In this document: in pieces, positions 9,601 through 18,070 of the stretch
How positions within the stretch are numbered: position 1 is the stretch's first letter
How the letters are laid out: every line of letters starts with the position of its first letter
Assembly (NCBI GenBank): GCA_963707025.1
Contig: CAVPOM010000005.1
Span: forward strand, 256,001-320,000
Direction of reading: 5' to 3'
From: an uncultured Verrucomicrobiae bacterium
Lineage (GTDB): Bacteria; Verrucomicrobiota; Verrucomicrobiia; Limisphaerales; Palsa-1400
DNA: 64,000 nt
The notes under the pieces: model-generated
What the model saw: only the letters and a program-made list of their open reading frames with translations
Databases searched by the model: none
Told to the model about the DNA's origin: nothing
Position numbers and translations under genes: made by a program

Positions 9601-11321
9601 GTCGGCACAAAACCGGTGGGGACTTTGTTGAAACTCCAGCCGGTCAAAGCCACCAGGCCGCCATACACGACCAGCGCCACAACGCTCTTCCGCAGCACAC
9701 TGCCCACCCCGGCGGAGTATTTGTTCCCGGCCCACGCAAAAATCCGGTTGAATGGCCCGAAGAACCAGCCGAGTGATTTTTCCATGAATCGGGCGAACCA
9801 ATCTTTGGGCGCATGGTGGTCTTTGAGCAACACGGCGCAAAGGGCCGGAGAAAGCGTCAGCGAACTGAACGCTGAAATCACCGTCGAGATGGCGATCGTG
9901 ATGGCAAATTGTTTGTAAAACTGCCCCGTGAGGCCGCTGATGAAAGCCGTCGGCACGAAGACGGCGCAGAGCACCAGGGCGGTGGCAATAATCGGACTGG
10001 TCACTTCGCTCATGGCCCGTTTGGCCGCTTCCACCGGCGAGAGTCCCAGCGCGATGTTGCGCTCGACATTTTCGACCACAACGATGGCGTCGTCCACCAC
10101 GATGCCGATGGCCAGCACCAGGCCAAACAGGGACAAATTGTTGATGGAAAAGCCCAAGGCCAGCATCACGGCAAATGTGCCGATGAGGGAAACGGGCACG
10201 GCGACGAGGGGGATGATGGAGGCGCGCCACGTTTGCAGGAAAAGAATGACCACGATGACCACCAGCAAGATCGCCTCCAGCAAGGTATGCACCACCGCCT
10301 CGATGGAATGCCGCACGAATACCGTCGGATCATACACCACCGAGTAATCCACCCCGTCGGGAAAACTCTTCTTGAGTTGCTCCATGGTGCGGCGAACGTC
10401 CGCGGAGAGTTGGAGAGCGTTGGCGCCTGGGGTTTGAAAGATCGGCAGGGCCACGGCGGTCTTGTTGTTCAAGAGCGAACGCAGCGAGTAACTGTCCGCG
10501 CTCAATTCGATCCGGGCGATATCTTTGAGCAGGGTTTTCTCCCCCTCGAGTCCTGTCTTGACAATGATGCGCCCGAATTCCTCCGGGGAAACCAGCCGTC
10601 CCTTTGCGTTGATCTGCAACTCAAAATCCACGGGATTGGAAACCGGTTGCTGGCCAATCGCGCCTGCGGCGACTTGCACATTCTGTTCGCGGATGGCGCT
10701 GACCACGTCGCTGGCGGTCAGATTTCGCGCCGCGATCTTGTCTGGGTTGAGCCAGACGCGCATCGCATAATCACCCGAGCCGAAAACCTGGACGTCGCCC
10801 GCGCCTGGGATGCGCGCCAGCACATCCTTCACTTGGAGCGTGGCGTAATTGCGCAGATAAACGTCGTCATACCGGCCCGAAGGCGAGAACAAATGCACGA
10901 CCATCGTCAGGTCGGGGGATTGCTTGGTCGTCGTCACCCCTAGCTGGCGAACTTCTTCCGGCAGCTTGGCCAAGACCTGGGACACCCGGTTTTGCACCTG
11001 CACCTGGGCTTTGTCCACATCCGTGCCGAGCTTGAACGTCACCGTCAGCGTCAGCACCCCGTCGGGCGTCGCCTGGGAAAACATGTAAAGTGAATTCTCC
11101 ACGCCATTGACGGATTGTTCCAGCGGCGAGGCCACAGTTTCGGCAATGGTCTTGGGATTGGCGCCGGGATAAACCGCGCGCACCACGATGGTCGGGGGAA
11201 CCACCTCCGGGTATTCGCTGATGGGCAGGCGAAACATCGAGATCAGCCCGATAAGAAAGACCACTGCCGAGAGTACGCCCGCGAAGATCGGGCGGCGGAT
11301 GAAAAAGTGAGAGAAGTTCAT
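6672..11321 (-). CDS. HAE1 RND efflux permease fused to a NodT/OprM-type outer-membrane factor
   Basis: FFIRRPIFA start, GIVVDDAIVVVENVER, RLRPILMT; C-terminal GPDY...PSDLLERRPDV...ALGGGW OMF motifs; one 1549-aa ORF. Confidence 0.93.
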   Translation of the reverse strand: MNFSHFFIRRPIFAGVLSAVVFLIGLISMFRLPISEYPEVVPPTIVVRAVYPGANPKTIAETVASPLEQSVNGVENSLYMFSQATPDGVLTLTVTFKLGTDVDKAQVQVQNRVSQVLAKLPEEVRQLGVTTTKQSPDLTMVVHLFSPSGRYDDVYLRNYATLQVKDVLARIPGAGDVQVFGSGDYAMRVWLNPDKIAARNLTASDVVSAIREQNVQVAAGAIGQQPVSNPVDFELQINAKGRLVSPEEFGRIIVKTGLEGEKTLLKDIARIELSADSYSLRSLLNNKTAVALPIFQTPGANALQLSADVRRTMEQLKKSFPDGVDYSVVYDPTVFVRHSIEAVVHTLLEAILLVVIVVILFLQTWRASIIPLVAVPVSLIGTFAVMLALGFSINNLSLFGLVLAIGIVVDDAIVVVENVERNIALGLSPVEAAKRAMSEVTSPIIATALVLCAVFVPTAFISGLTGQFYKQFAITIAISTVISAFSSLTLSPALCAVLLKDHHAPKDWFARFMEKSLGWFFGPFNRIFAWAGNKYSAGVGSVLRKSVVALVVYGGLVALTGWSFNKVPTGFVPTQDKQYLVAFAQLPDAASLDRTEAVIRRMSDIGLKQPGVESAVAFPGLSISGFSVSPNEGIVFFCLKPFEERTSSQLSGPAIAATLNQQFAGIQDAFVLTVPPPPVNGLGTIGGFKLYVEDRADLGYDALYQSLQGVIGKSYQTPGLASVFSTFTVNVPQLDADIDRIKAKQEGVQLQNLFETMQIYLGSLYVNDFNRFGRTYQVVAQADGQFRDRPEDITRLKTRNDKGQMVPLGALVKVTETHGPNRALRYNGYPAAEINGGPAAGYSSGQAEALIAKLAGDGLAKGMTFEWTDLTYQRILAGNSAIYVYPLCILLVFLVLAAQYESLRLPLAIILIVPMCLLFAISGVWLKGGDNNIFTQIGLIVLVGLACKNAILIVEFARHKQDEEGVPAFQAAVEASRLRLRPILMTSIAFIAGVFPLVVAHGAGAEMRQAMGVAVFAGMIGVTLFGLFLTPVFYLTLMRRVSRKPSVIASHEPNGPALGAPSAVAGILLLAALFSPASAQAGSLTIGPDYRPPTNSVPENYKAAKLGQWKEGRPLDGVPKGNWWEVFGDTNLNDLELQAMRANQSLKAAVARVDQARATARVARGDLLPSLSLDPSFARQRYSPNQSPSFGTLTANTWQAPLDLSYEIDLWGRVRRGFESARADAQASLAAFGSVLLTLQADVAQNYFRLRALDAELATVTGTVELRKEQVGLVQSRFNGGIGNDLDIARAETELATTEAEAASLAQQRAELENAIAILAGSNPSSFHVAAETAGAWNPQPPEIPAGLPSDLLERRPDVAQAERQLASSNARIGVAKAAFFPVLTLTGSGGYLSADVDTLFNWNSRTWSIGPSLSLPIFAGGRNKANYHRSQAVFEESVANYRQQVLVAFNEVEDSLSGIRHLADQSSAQQRAVMNARRAVGLATNRYQSGIVSYIEVVDASRDALQAERGNAQLAGERLIAAVQLIKALGGGWNNSAAETLAVSSVKH

Positions 11322-11340
11322 AAGTTTGATCCTTTGAGTT

Positions 11341-12519
11341 TCAACGTTGGGCGATCTTGACGGAGGAGCTTGCGGCCACTTGTGCCTGCGGCGTCACCGG
11401 CATCCCCGGCCGGATGCGTTCCATTCCGTTGACGATGATCTTTTCGCCCGGCAGCAAGCCGGAGCGGACGATGCGCCTGCCTTCCACCGCCGGGCCGAGC
11501 TTCACGGCCGTGTAAGCGACGGTGTTGCTGGCGGTGAGTGTCAATACATATTTCTGCGCCTGATCAGTCCCGATGGCCCGTTCGGACACCAGCAACGCCG
11601 CATGCCGCTCGCTCAGAGGAACCCGGATGCGCGCAAACAATCCCGGCATAATCCGCCCGTCCTCGTTGGAAAACACCGCGCGCAGCAGAATGCTGCCGGT
11701 GTTGGGGTCCACGCGGTTGTCGAACGACTCAATGTGCCCGCGGTGCGGGAAGCCCGTTTCGTCGGCGAGTTGCAGCTCGATGGGGATCTGGCCCTTGCCG
11801 TTGGTCTCCATTTTTCCAGCCTGGACAACCGCGTTGAATTTCAGCAGCGAATCCTCGTCCACGTCCGCATAAACGTATACGGGATTCACCGAAACCAGGG
11901 TCGTCAACAGAGAGGCCGATCCCGGACCGCCACTGACGTAATTGCCTTCGGTCAGCAAGGCGCGGCTGACACGGCCATCAATGGGCGCGCGCACCTGCGT
12001 GTAATCCAGGTCCAGCTTGGCCGAGTCGCGCGCAGCTTGCGCGGCGAGCAACGCAGCCTTGGCCTCCTGAAAACGCGCCACGCGTGCGTCGGATTCCTCG
12101 GTGGAAATGGCTTTGTTGGCCAGCAAGTCAGAAGCCCGGCCGGCCTCGCGCTTTGCGTTTTCCAACAGTACGCTGGCGCGGTCGGCTTCCGCCTCCAGGT
12201 TGTTGAAGGCGGCCTGATGCCAACGCGGGTCAATCACAAAAAGCACGTCGCCCTTCTTCACCAATTGGCCCGATTGAAACCGCACTTCCTGGATGTAGCC
12301 AGAAACACGCGGCCGAACCTCGACCGATTCCACAGGTTCGGTGCGTCCCGTGAATTCGTCCCACTCCACCAGTTCCCTTTGCTCGACCGGCGCCACCGTC
12401 ACTGTGGGCGGTGGCGGTTGTTGTGGCGCGGCATTTGCGCCGCAACCCGTGAGGAGGATGGCCACAAATCCAACGACCGGAACGGCCAGGGCGAAAACGA
12501 AAACATTTTTTGTTGTCAT
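11341..12519 (-). CDS. RND periplasmic adaptor (MFP), lipoprotein
   Basis: LLTGC lipobox; VEVRPRVSGYI, GQLVKKGDVLFVIDP, APIDGRV motifs. Confidence 0.93.
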   Translation of the reverse strand: MTTKNVFVFALAVPVVGFVAILLTGCGANAAPQQPPPPTVTVAPVEQRELVEWDEFTGRTEPVESVEVRPRVSGYIQEVRFQSGQLVKKGDVLFVIDPRWHQAAFNNLEAEADRASVLLENAKREAGRASDLLANKAISTEESDARVARFQEAKAALLAAQAARDSAKLDLDYTQVRAPIDGRVSRALLTEGNYVSGGPGSASLLTTLVSVNPVYVYADVDEDSLLKFNAVVQAGKMETNGKGQIPIELQLADETGFPHRGHIESFDNRVDPNTGSILLRAVFSNEDGRIMPGLFARIRVPLSERHAALLVSERAIGTDQAQKYVLTLTASNTVAYTAVKLGPAVEGRRIVRSGLLPGEKIIVNGMERIRPGMPVTPQAQVAASSSVKIAQR

Positions 12520-12567
12520 AGTATTTTTGGGTTTGAGATTCGGGATCAAGTGCGAATGCCGTCAGGC

Positions 12568-12903
12568 TCAGGCCGCAAGCGTGAAAGGCTCCAACCTGCG
12601 CAAGGAATGCTGGTGAGCGGTCCAAGCAGCCGAGCTTTGCACCTTTTCTTCCGCGAGCACCGGCAACAGCAGCAAGGGCTCAGGCGTCAGGGACACCAAA
12701 GCGTACGCTTCATTGACCGCCTGATAAACTAGCCGCGCCGGCACGCCGGCGTATTCCGAGGTGAACTTTCTCACCAAAGCAGATTTGAGTTTATCCGCCT
12801 TGGATCTGGGGAACAGTGGCTTGAAGGGATTCGCGCTTTTCGCAGGCGTGTTTTCGATTAGTAACTGAACTGACTGGTCAATTCTTTTTTGGATAGTTTT
12901 CAT
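12568..12903 (-). CDS. Small hypothetical protein between tetR and the MFP gene
   Basis: 111-aa ORF co-oriented in operon. Confidence 0.55.
   Translation of the reverse strand: MKTIQKRIDQSVQLLIENTPAKSANPFKPLFPRSKADKLKSALVRKFTSEYAGVPARLVYQAVNEAYALVSLTPEPLLLLPVLAEEKVQSSAAWTAHQHSLRRLEPFTLAA
12868..12881. promoter_or_regulatory. Putative TetR operator, copy 2
   Basis: AACTGACTGGTCAA; same palindrome as at 13595-13608. Confidence 0.55.
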
Positions 12904-12937
12904 GCGTGTCTTTCTTTCTTTGTTTACTTTAAATCTG

Positions 12938-13543
12938 TCAGGCTGCGACTGCCTTGGCTCCGAGTAAATTCATGACGGTGGCTTCCAAATTCTCCAAAAC
13001 TTTCAAGTCATTTTGCACCCTGGCTTCGACCATCATTCCACAGAGTAATGACTGCAAAGTGACCGACGCGGCCACGGGATCTTTCACCGTGACAGAGCCT
13101 TCGCGGATGGCATCCGCGATCGCGCTCTCGACATATTTCCTGCTCGCATTCATCAGATGCTCGCTCTTGGCGCGGATTCTCTCATCCAGGGTGGCAAGTT
13201 CGCTTCCCACACTCGTATAAGGGCAACCGCAAACACGTCCGTATTCCCCGGCCTTTTCCTTCTGGACCGCATAAATCATCCGGCAAAAATTCTGAATTCG
13301 TTCCAAAGGCGGCACCTGTGGCGAGAAGATGTGGTCCATCGCCGGACGCTTCTCCCTCCAGTGCTCTTCATAAGCCTCCACGACCAAATCCGTCTTGGAA
13401 GGAAAGAAATGATAGAAACTGCCCTTGTTGATTCCGGCGCGCTTGCAAATATCGTCCACGCTGACGGAACCGTAGCTGCTGTCCCAAATGAGCTCGAATC
13501 CCACTTGCAGCAACTTTTCTTTCGTTTCACATGTCTTTTTCAT
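12938..13543 (-). CDS. TetR/AcrR family regulator
   Basis: TKEKLLQVG...SVDDICKRAGINKGSFYHFFPSKTDL HTH; ATG at 13543. Confidence 0.92.
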   Translation of the reverse strand: MKKTCETKEKLLQVGFELIWDSSYGSVSVDDICKRAGINKGSFYHFFPSKTDLVVEAYEEHWREKRPAMDHIFSPQVPPLERIQNFCRMIYAVQKEKAGEYGRVCGCPYTSVGSELATLDERIRAKSEHLMNASRKYVESAIADAIREGSVTVKDPVAASVTLQSLLCGMMVEARVQNDLKVLENLEATVMNLLGAKAVAA

Positions 13544-13594
13544 GTTCAGCACTGTTGGTCTGATTCTCCCAACACCGACACTCTCGCATAAATA

Positions 13595-13608
13595 AACTGA
13601 CCAGTCAA
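13595..13608. promoter_or_regulatory. Putative TetR operator, copy 1, overlapping a minus-strand -35 (TTGACT)
   Basis: AACTGACCAGTCAA palindrome about 50 bp upstream of tetR. Confidence 0.6.
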
Positions 13609-13708
13609 CTTTTTTCTGCAGAAATGTTGATTTTTTGGGCCAGAGTCTCGGAGGTAAGCCGTGACAGGTCTTTCTCGGCCGCCCGTTCAAGCAGGACGCG
13701 ATACATTG

Positions 13709-13894
13709 TTACCGGCGGTTGCGCTCGGCCAGGAATTCTTCCAGCGGGCGGCAATGCAGAGGCTTGCGGCGGGCGCGTTTGAATTTGGGGGACTCAAGCT
13801 GCGCCTCATCCCGCGACAAGTCACGCCACAGGCTCTCCATCACCCGAAGTTTCTCGGCGATGGTCATTTTCTCCAATGGCAATGTAATTTCCAT
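13709..13894 (-). pseudogene. Truncated duplicate of the addiction-module antitoxin
   Basis: MEITLPLEKMTIAEKLRVMESLWRDL nearly identical to 14608..14826, diverging after LESPK. Confidence 0.75.
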
Positions 13895-14009
13895 TTTCTT
13901 TTCGATACCGCTGAACCGTCTAAATCTCGCGTGTCCTGGGGATGACGTCAATAGCGGGCAGGCAATTCTCGCCATTGCCAACACGGCCACAACCCAGGGG
14001 GGCGAGTGA
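13783..14009. repeat. 227-bp direct repeat, partner at 14715..14941
   Basis: Near-identical sequence at offset 932. Confidence 0.9.
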
Positions 14010-14054
14010 TGTCGGCATGGCGAGACTCCGTTCGAGCCGAAACTCGATCTCCTG

Positions 14055-14132
14055 GGGGAAAGTCACGTTTTGACACTCCCTGTCACAATGGGTCACGCAA
14101 TGGAAAATGGCGGGAGTGGCGGGGCTCGAACC
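14055..14132. repeat. att repeat (78 bp, partner 21502..21579), including the last 25 nt of tRNA-Asp at 14108..14132
   Basis: Direct repeat at offset 7447 with 4 mismatches. Confidence 0.92.
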
Positions 14133-14315
14133 TGCTACGAATCGTTGAATATCAAGGGTTTAGGTGGGGTGCCCTCACAAGGAGCCTCACAGAAGCCAGT
14201 CACACTGAGTCACGACCTGGCGCAAGTAGTCACGGCGTGGGATAAACTTTCCGCTCCGCTCAAGGCCGCAATCCTCGCCATTGTCGGCGCGGCGACAGTA
14301 AAGGAGGTTCAGTGA
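14133..14315 (+). other. Detached C-terminal tail of the integrase (in frame only in the excised attP form)
   Basis: Reads ...MENGGSGGART|CYESLN...DLAQVVTAWDKLSAPLKAAILAIV...Q* in the same register as the integrase across the att core. Confidence 0.65.
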
Positions 14316-14611
14316 CCAAGGCCCGCCAGCTTTTCCCGAATTGCCTGCGGATCACTCCGGCAGTCCAAGACAGCCCATACTCGGGCCGTCATGCCTTCTT
14401 GATCGTAATAGACGGCGTAGGGGAAACGCTCGGACAGCAGCCAATGGTAACCAAATTGCTTGGAATGAATTCCCGCGTAAAGGCGAAGCGATTCAATGTC
14501 CGAAAACAACGACTCCTGGAAATAATCTCCCAACCCTGCCTGCTGTCGTTCGTAAAAATCAAATCCGTTGGAGAGGTCATCCCGTGCCGACGGCAGAATA
14601 AGGATACTCAT
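14309..14611 (-). CDS. RelE/ParE family toxin
   Basis: ILPSARDDL...FYERQQAGLG...RFPYAVYY...VWAVLDCRSDP; ATGA overlap with antitoxin. Confidence 0.85.
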   Translation of the reverse strand: MSILILPSARDDLSNGFDFYERQQAGLGDYFQESLFSDIESLRLYAGIHSKQFGYHWLLSERFPYAVYYDQEGMTARVWAVLDCRSDPQAIREKLAGLGH

Positions 14612-14826
14612 TTCACCCGGTTGCGGAGTTGCGTTTTCGCTGTCTCCCAGTCCATGAAGGATTCCTTGCCCTGCTCCACTCGCGCGGCCCTCTCTCCGAG
14701 AACCTCGCCATGCCATTTGGGAGATTCAAGCTGCTCCTCATCCCGCGTCAAGTCGCGCCAGAGGCTCTCCATCACCCGAAGTTTCTCGGCGATGGTCATT
14801 TTCTCCAATGGCAATGTAATTTCCAT
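14608..14826 (-). CDS. Addiction-module antitoxin component
   Basis: 72 aa; EKLRVMESLWRDL...SPKWHGEVLGER...DWETAK; directly upstream of the toxin. Confidence 0.85.
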   Translation of the reverse strand: MEITLPLEKMTIAEKLRVMESLWRDLTRDEEQLESPKWHGEVLGERAARVEQGKESFMDWETAKTQLRNRVK

Positions 14827-14937
14827 TTTCTTTTCGATACCGCTGAACCGCCTAAATCTCGCGTGTCCTGGAGATGATGTCAATAGCGGGCAGGCAATTC
14901 TCGCCATTGCCAACACGGCCACGGACAAGGGGGGCCA

Positions 14938-15652
14938 GTGACACCGGAGCGGCACGGCAGCGAGATAAAGCGAGCAGAACCGGACAGCGAGCACCACTGC
15001 TCGCCGGTTCTGCGGCCGTACGCGGTGACAACTGGCGACAGCGAGAGGCGGCGGGGTGGTGCCCAGCGCCACCCGCCGCCTCCGCTGGGCTTGTCTAAAG
15101 CGCATATTTCGGCGCGACAACGAAAAGGAAGCGTGACCTGTTACCGTGGTGCCAGCCTGATTCAGGTGCGCCTCCGTGGGGATGTGGCGGCGGGAAACAC
15201 GAGCGGTTGCGGCCCGCGTGGTGAAATTGTCGAGTTCACCCCGGCTTCGCGTCGGCGGATGCTGGAACTGCTGGCGAAAGTGGAACAGGCGGCGGTGCCT
15301 CTCGCCTTCACCCTGACCTAAGCGTTACGTTGCGAAAAAGGAGGAAATGCCGGTGATGGAACAAAAGCCGGGCCGGTATTGGGGTGTGATTGGCCGGGAA
15401 CACCTGCCATTTGGGAAACGGGAAGATCGGGAAGTCACGGGAGACCAGGCGGTGAAACTGCGGAGGGCCATGCGGCGTTACCGTGTGGCGAACACCCCGC
15501 CGGAGAAGCGGAAATATCTGCGGAAGAGCCAACTGTGGTCGGAAGATTTTACGGCCAAGCTGTTTTGCAACGTCGAGTTCTGGATGGAACGTCTGCCGAA
15601 ATTGATCGGCCTTTATGAGAATACCGCAATTGTGATTCCGAATTCCGCATGA
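14938..15652 (+). pseudogene. Rolling-circle (HUH) replication initiator with internal deletion
   Basis: RGEIVEFTPASRRRML...FTLT (motif I) abuts out-of-frame KRYVAKK (motif III YxxK) and GRYWG; HUH motif missing. Confidence 0.7.
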
Positions 15653-15760
15653 CCCTTTCACGGAGCCAAGAGAGAACCAGAATTCAAAAAGTGAGAACTG
15701 AGGCTTGCACATACCCACTGTTCCTTGACATCTGTGACTTTTGAGTGCAGGCTGGAAGCC

Positions 15761-16276
15761 ATGAGTGATTATACTTCTTTATGGCCGATTTTGGGCGGCG
15801 GTGCAGTCGGCTTTCTAAGCAGCTTAGGAACATCGCTGATTTCAGAAACGAGAAGGCGTGAGGCCGAGAGATTAAGCCTTACGGGAGCAATCGTTGGTGA
15901 AGTATCGGCGCTCATCGATATTTCCGAGCGCCGCAATTACATTGAGGGTCTTCGTGAATTGATAAGCCGAGCGAAAGCCAACAAGGATGCACCAGACAAA
16001 AGTGTCTGGTACCATTTCTCCGTGCGCCGCAATCCATTTCCGGTGTACGATGCTAATCTTACGCGCATCGGTATTCTTCGCGATCCGTTACCAAGGCATA
16101 TCGCTCGTTTCTATGCAATGTCTTCATCAATTCTTGAGGACATCGCCGATATGAGAGAGGGTAAGATGCAGCGCGGTCGCGATGAATCAATCCACTGCCT
16201 TGAGGAACTTCTTAAACTTTTTGAAGACACACTTGTTTTGGGGCGAAAAATCGTTTCGGACGGCCATAGTCCCTAA
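15761..16276 (+). CDS. Hypothetical cargo protein with N-terminal hydrophobic segment
   Basis: 171-aa ORF, lower GC, TTGACA at 15725. Confidence 0.65.
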   Translation: MSDYTSLWPILGGGAVGFLSSLGTSLISETRRREAERLSLTGAIVGEVSALIDISERRNYIEGLRELISRAKANKDAPDKSVWYHFSVRRNPFPVYDANLTRIGILRDPLPRHIARFYAMSSSILEDIADMREGKMQRGRDESIHCLEELLKLFEDTLVLGRKIVSDGHSP

Positions 16277-16334
16277 AGTCTTCAAATAAATATACAAAAG
16301 CTGATTGAAGGAACATCGGGGTCATAGGGAACAT

Positions 16335-16400
16335 CGGGGTCACATCTAAACATTCTACATTGGGGCGCGACGAAATGTAGAATGTTTAGATTTGACACCG
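16335..16400. repeat. 27-bp inverted repeat (REP-like or bidirectional terminator)
   Basis: CGGGGTCACATCTAAACATTCTACATT / AATGTAGAATGTTTAGATTTGACACCG between convergent genes. Confidence 0.8.
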
Positions 16401-16745
16401 TTTCACTTTTGGCCTTGAAGGCGTTTCTGAATTTGTGCCGATAGTTGAGCGGCTTCTGCCAGTGCTCTCTTATATTTATTTTCAAGCCCAGAGCCGTCTT
16501 CTGATGGTGCCAGTCGTTGTAATTGTTCCATAAGTGCATCGCATTTCGATTTTGCTGTGGCAAGTGAAGCCCTCAGCGATGCCATATCATCCCCCCCCGT
16601 TAGACAAACAAGTGATTCACAGTGACGTGCCAATGTTCGCAGAATGTGATGGTAGGTCTCCAATCTTTGAGCTGGACCCCTATTTTTAGACCACAGGTAA
16701 GTTTCGATTTTTGCCGGTTTGCTGTAGATAAGAAAGAGCAGACTT

Positions 16746-17036
16746 ATGAAAGCAAAACGGAAAAGACACAGTGCGGCCTTCAAGGCCAAAGTGGGATTCG
16801 AAGCCCTGGTGGGGCTGAAGACGGTCGCGCAATTGGCGCGAGAGTATGCGGTGCATCCGGCGCAGGTCACGCAGTGGCGGGCGACGATTCGGGATCACAT
16901 GCCCGAATTGTTTGAGCCCGGGCAACCCCGCACGGAGGATCAGGAACAGTTGATTGCCCAACTGCATGAGAAGATTGGCCAACTGACGGTGGACTTGGAC
17001 TGGCTTAAAAAAAAGTCCAGGCAACTGGGGCTTTAA
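16746..17036 (+). CDS. IS3 OrfA
   Basis: RKRHSAAFKAKV HTH; A8G slippery site at 17007-17015. Confidence 0.92.
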   Translation: MKAKRKRHSAAFKAKVGFEALVGLKTVAQLAREYAVHPAQVTQWRATIRDHMPELFEPGQPRTEDQEQLIAQLHEKIGQLTVDLDWLKKKSRQLGL

Positions 17037-17923
17037 CATGTTTAATCGCTCCCGATCCGCAGCTCAGCGTGCGGCGCCAGTGCGAGCTGCTGGCGGTGTG
17101 CCGTGGCAGTTATTATTACCAGTGCTGTCCGGAGACAGAGGAGAACCTGGCGCTGATGCGGCGGTTGGACCAGATGCATTTGGACCACCCGGTTTATGGC
17201 AGCCGCAAACTGACCGTGCTGTTGCGCCGGGAGGGTTTGACCATCAATCGCAAACGGGTGGTGCGGCTGCTGCGGTTGATGGGGATCGAGGCGATTTACG
17301 CCAAGCCCAAGACGAGTCTGCGGGAGATGGGGCACCAGATTTATCCGTATCTGTTACGCAATTTGGCAGTGACGGGACCGGATCAGGTTTGGTGTTCGGA
17401 CATTACGTATGTGCCTATGGCAACTGGGTTTATGTATTTGGTGGCGGTGATGGATTGGTGGAGTCGTTACGTGCTGGGATGGCGCTTGAGCAACACGTTG
17501 GAGGCGGACTTTTGTGTGGACGCTTGGGAGGCGGCGTTGCGGGCGGGGCGTCAGGCGCCGTTGATTTCCAATACCGACCAGGGATCGCAGTTCACCTCCC
17601 CGATGTTTATCGATGCGGTGGAATCGGCGGGGGTGGACGTGAGCATGGACGGACGGGGTCGCTGGATGGACAACCGGTTTATCGAGCGGCTGTGGCGGAG
17701 CGCCAAGTATGAGGACATTTATTTGCAAGACTATGGCGACGGGTTGGCGGCAGGGCGCGGACTGGGCCGGTGGTTTGACGGCTACAACCGGGAACGACCG
17801 CACCAGGCGTTGGGCTATGCGACGCCGGCGGACGCGTATTTTGATCCCGGCACGCATGGAGCCCAACCGGCCAAATGGGAAGCGATGCAACCTGCCAGAG
17901 GCAGGAGCGATCGCAGCACTTGA
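17015..17923 (+). CDS. IS3 OrfB DDE transposase (-1 frameshift fusion)
   Basis: WCSDITY, NTDQGSQFT, DNRFIERLWRS motifs; frame open from the slippery site. Confidence 0.92.
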   Translation, partial: VQATGALTCLIAPDPQLSVRRQCELLAVCRGSYYYQCCPETEENLALMRRLDQMHLDHPVYGSRKLTVLLRREGLTINRKRVVRLLRLMGIEAIYAKPKTSLREMGHQIYPYLLRNLAVTGPDQVWCSDITYVPMATGFMYLVAVMDWWSRYVLGWRLSNTLEADFCVDAWEAALRAGRQAPLISNTDQGSQFTSPMFIDAVESAGVDVSMDGRGRWMDNRFIERLWRSAKYEDIYLQDYGDGLAAGRGLGRWFDGYNRERPHQALGYATPADAYFDPGTHGAQPAKWEAMQPARGRSDRST

Positions 17924-17949
17924 CAGAGAGGCAGGCGGCAGGAAAAGGC

Positions 17950-18070
17950 TTGAAATCAGACCGCCTGCGGCGGTAGAGTTGAGAACCCTAAGAAAACGGA
18001 GAGGGAGGACGGGCAGTGCTCCGCATCGCTCGTTCTCTCTTTCGAAAGGGTTTTGAAACACGGAATGAAC
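17950..18070 (+). ncRNA. Candidate promoter plus structured RNA in the IS3 3' non-coding region
   Basis: TTGAAA-N18-TAGAGT followed by a long hairpin; conserved in IS3 copy B. Confidence 0.4.

Noticed and set aside
14108..14132. Second tRNA gene
   Set aside because: Only the last 25 nt are present; it is an att duplication
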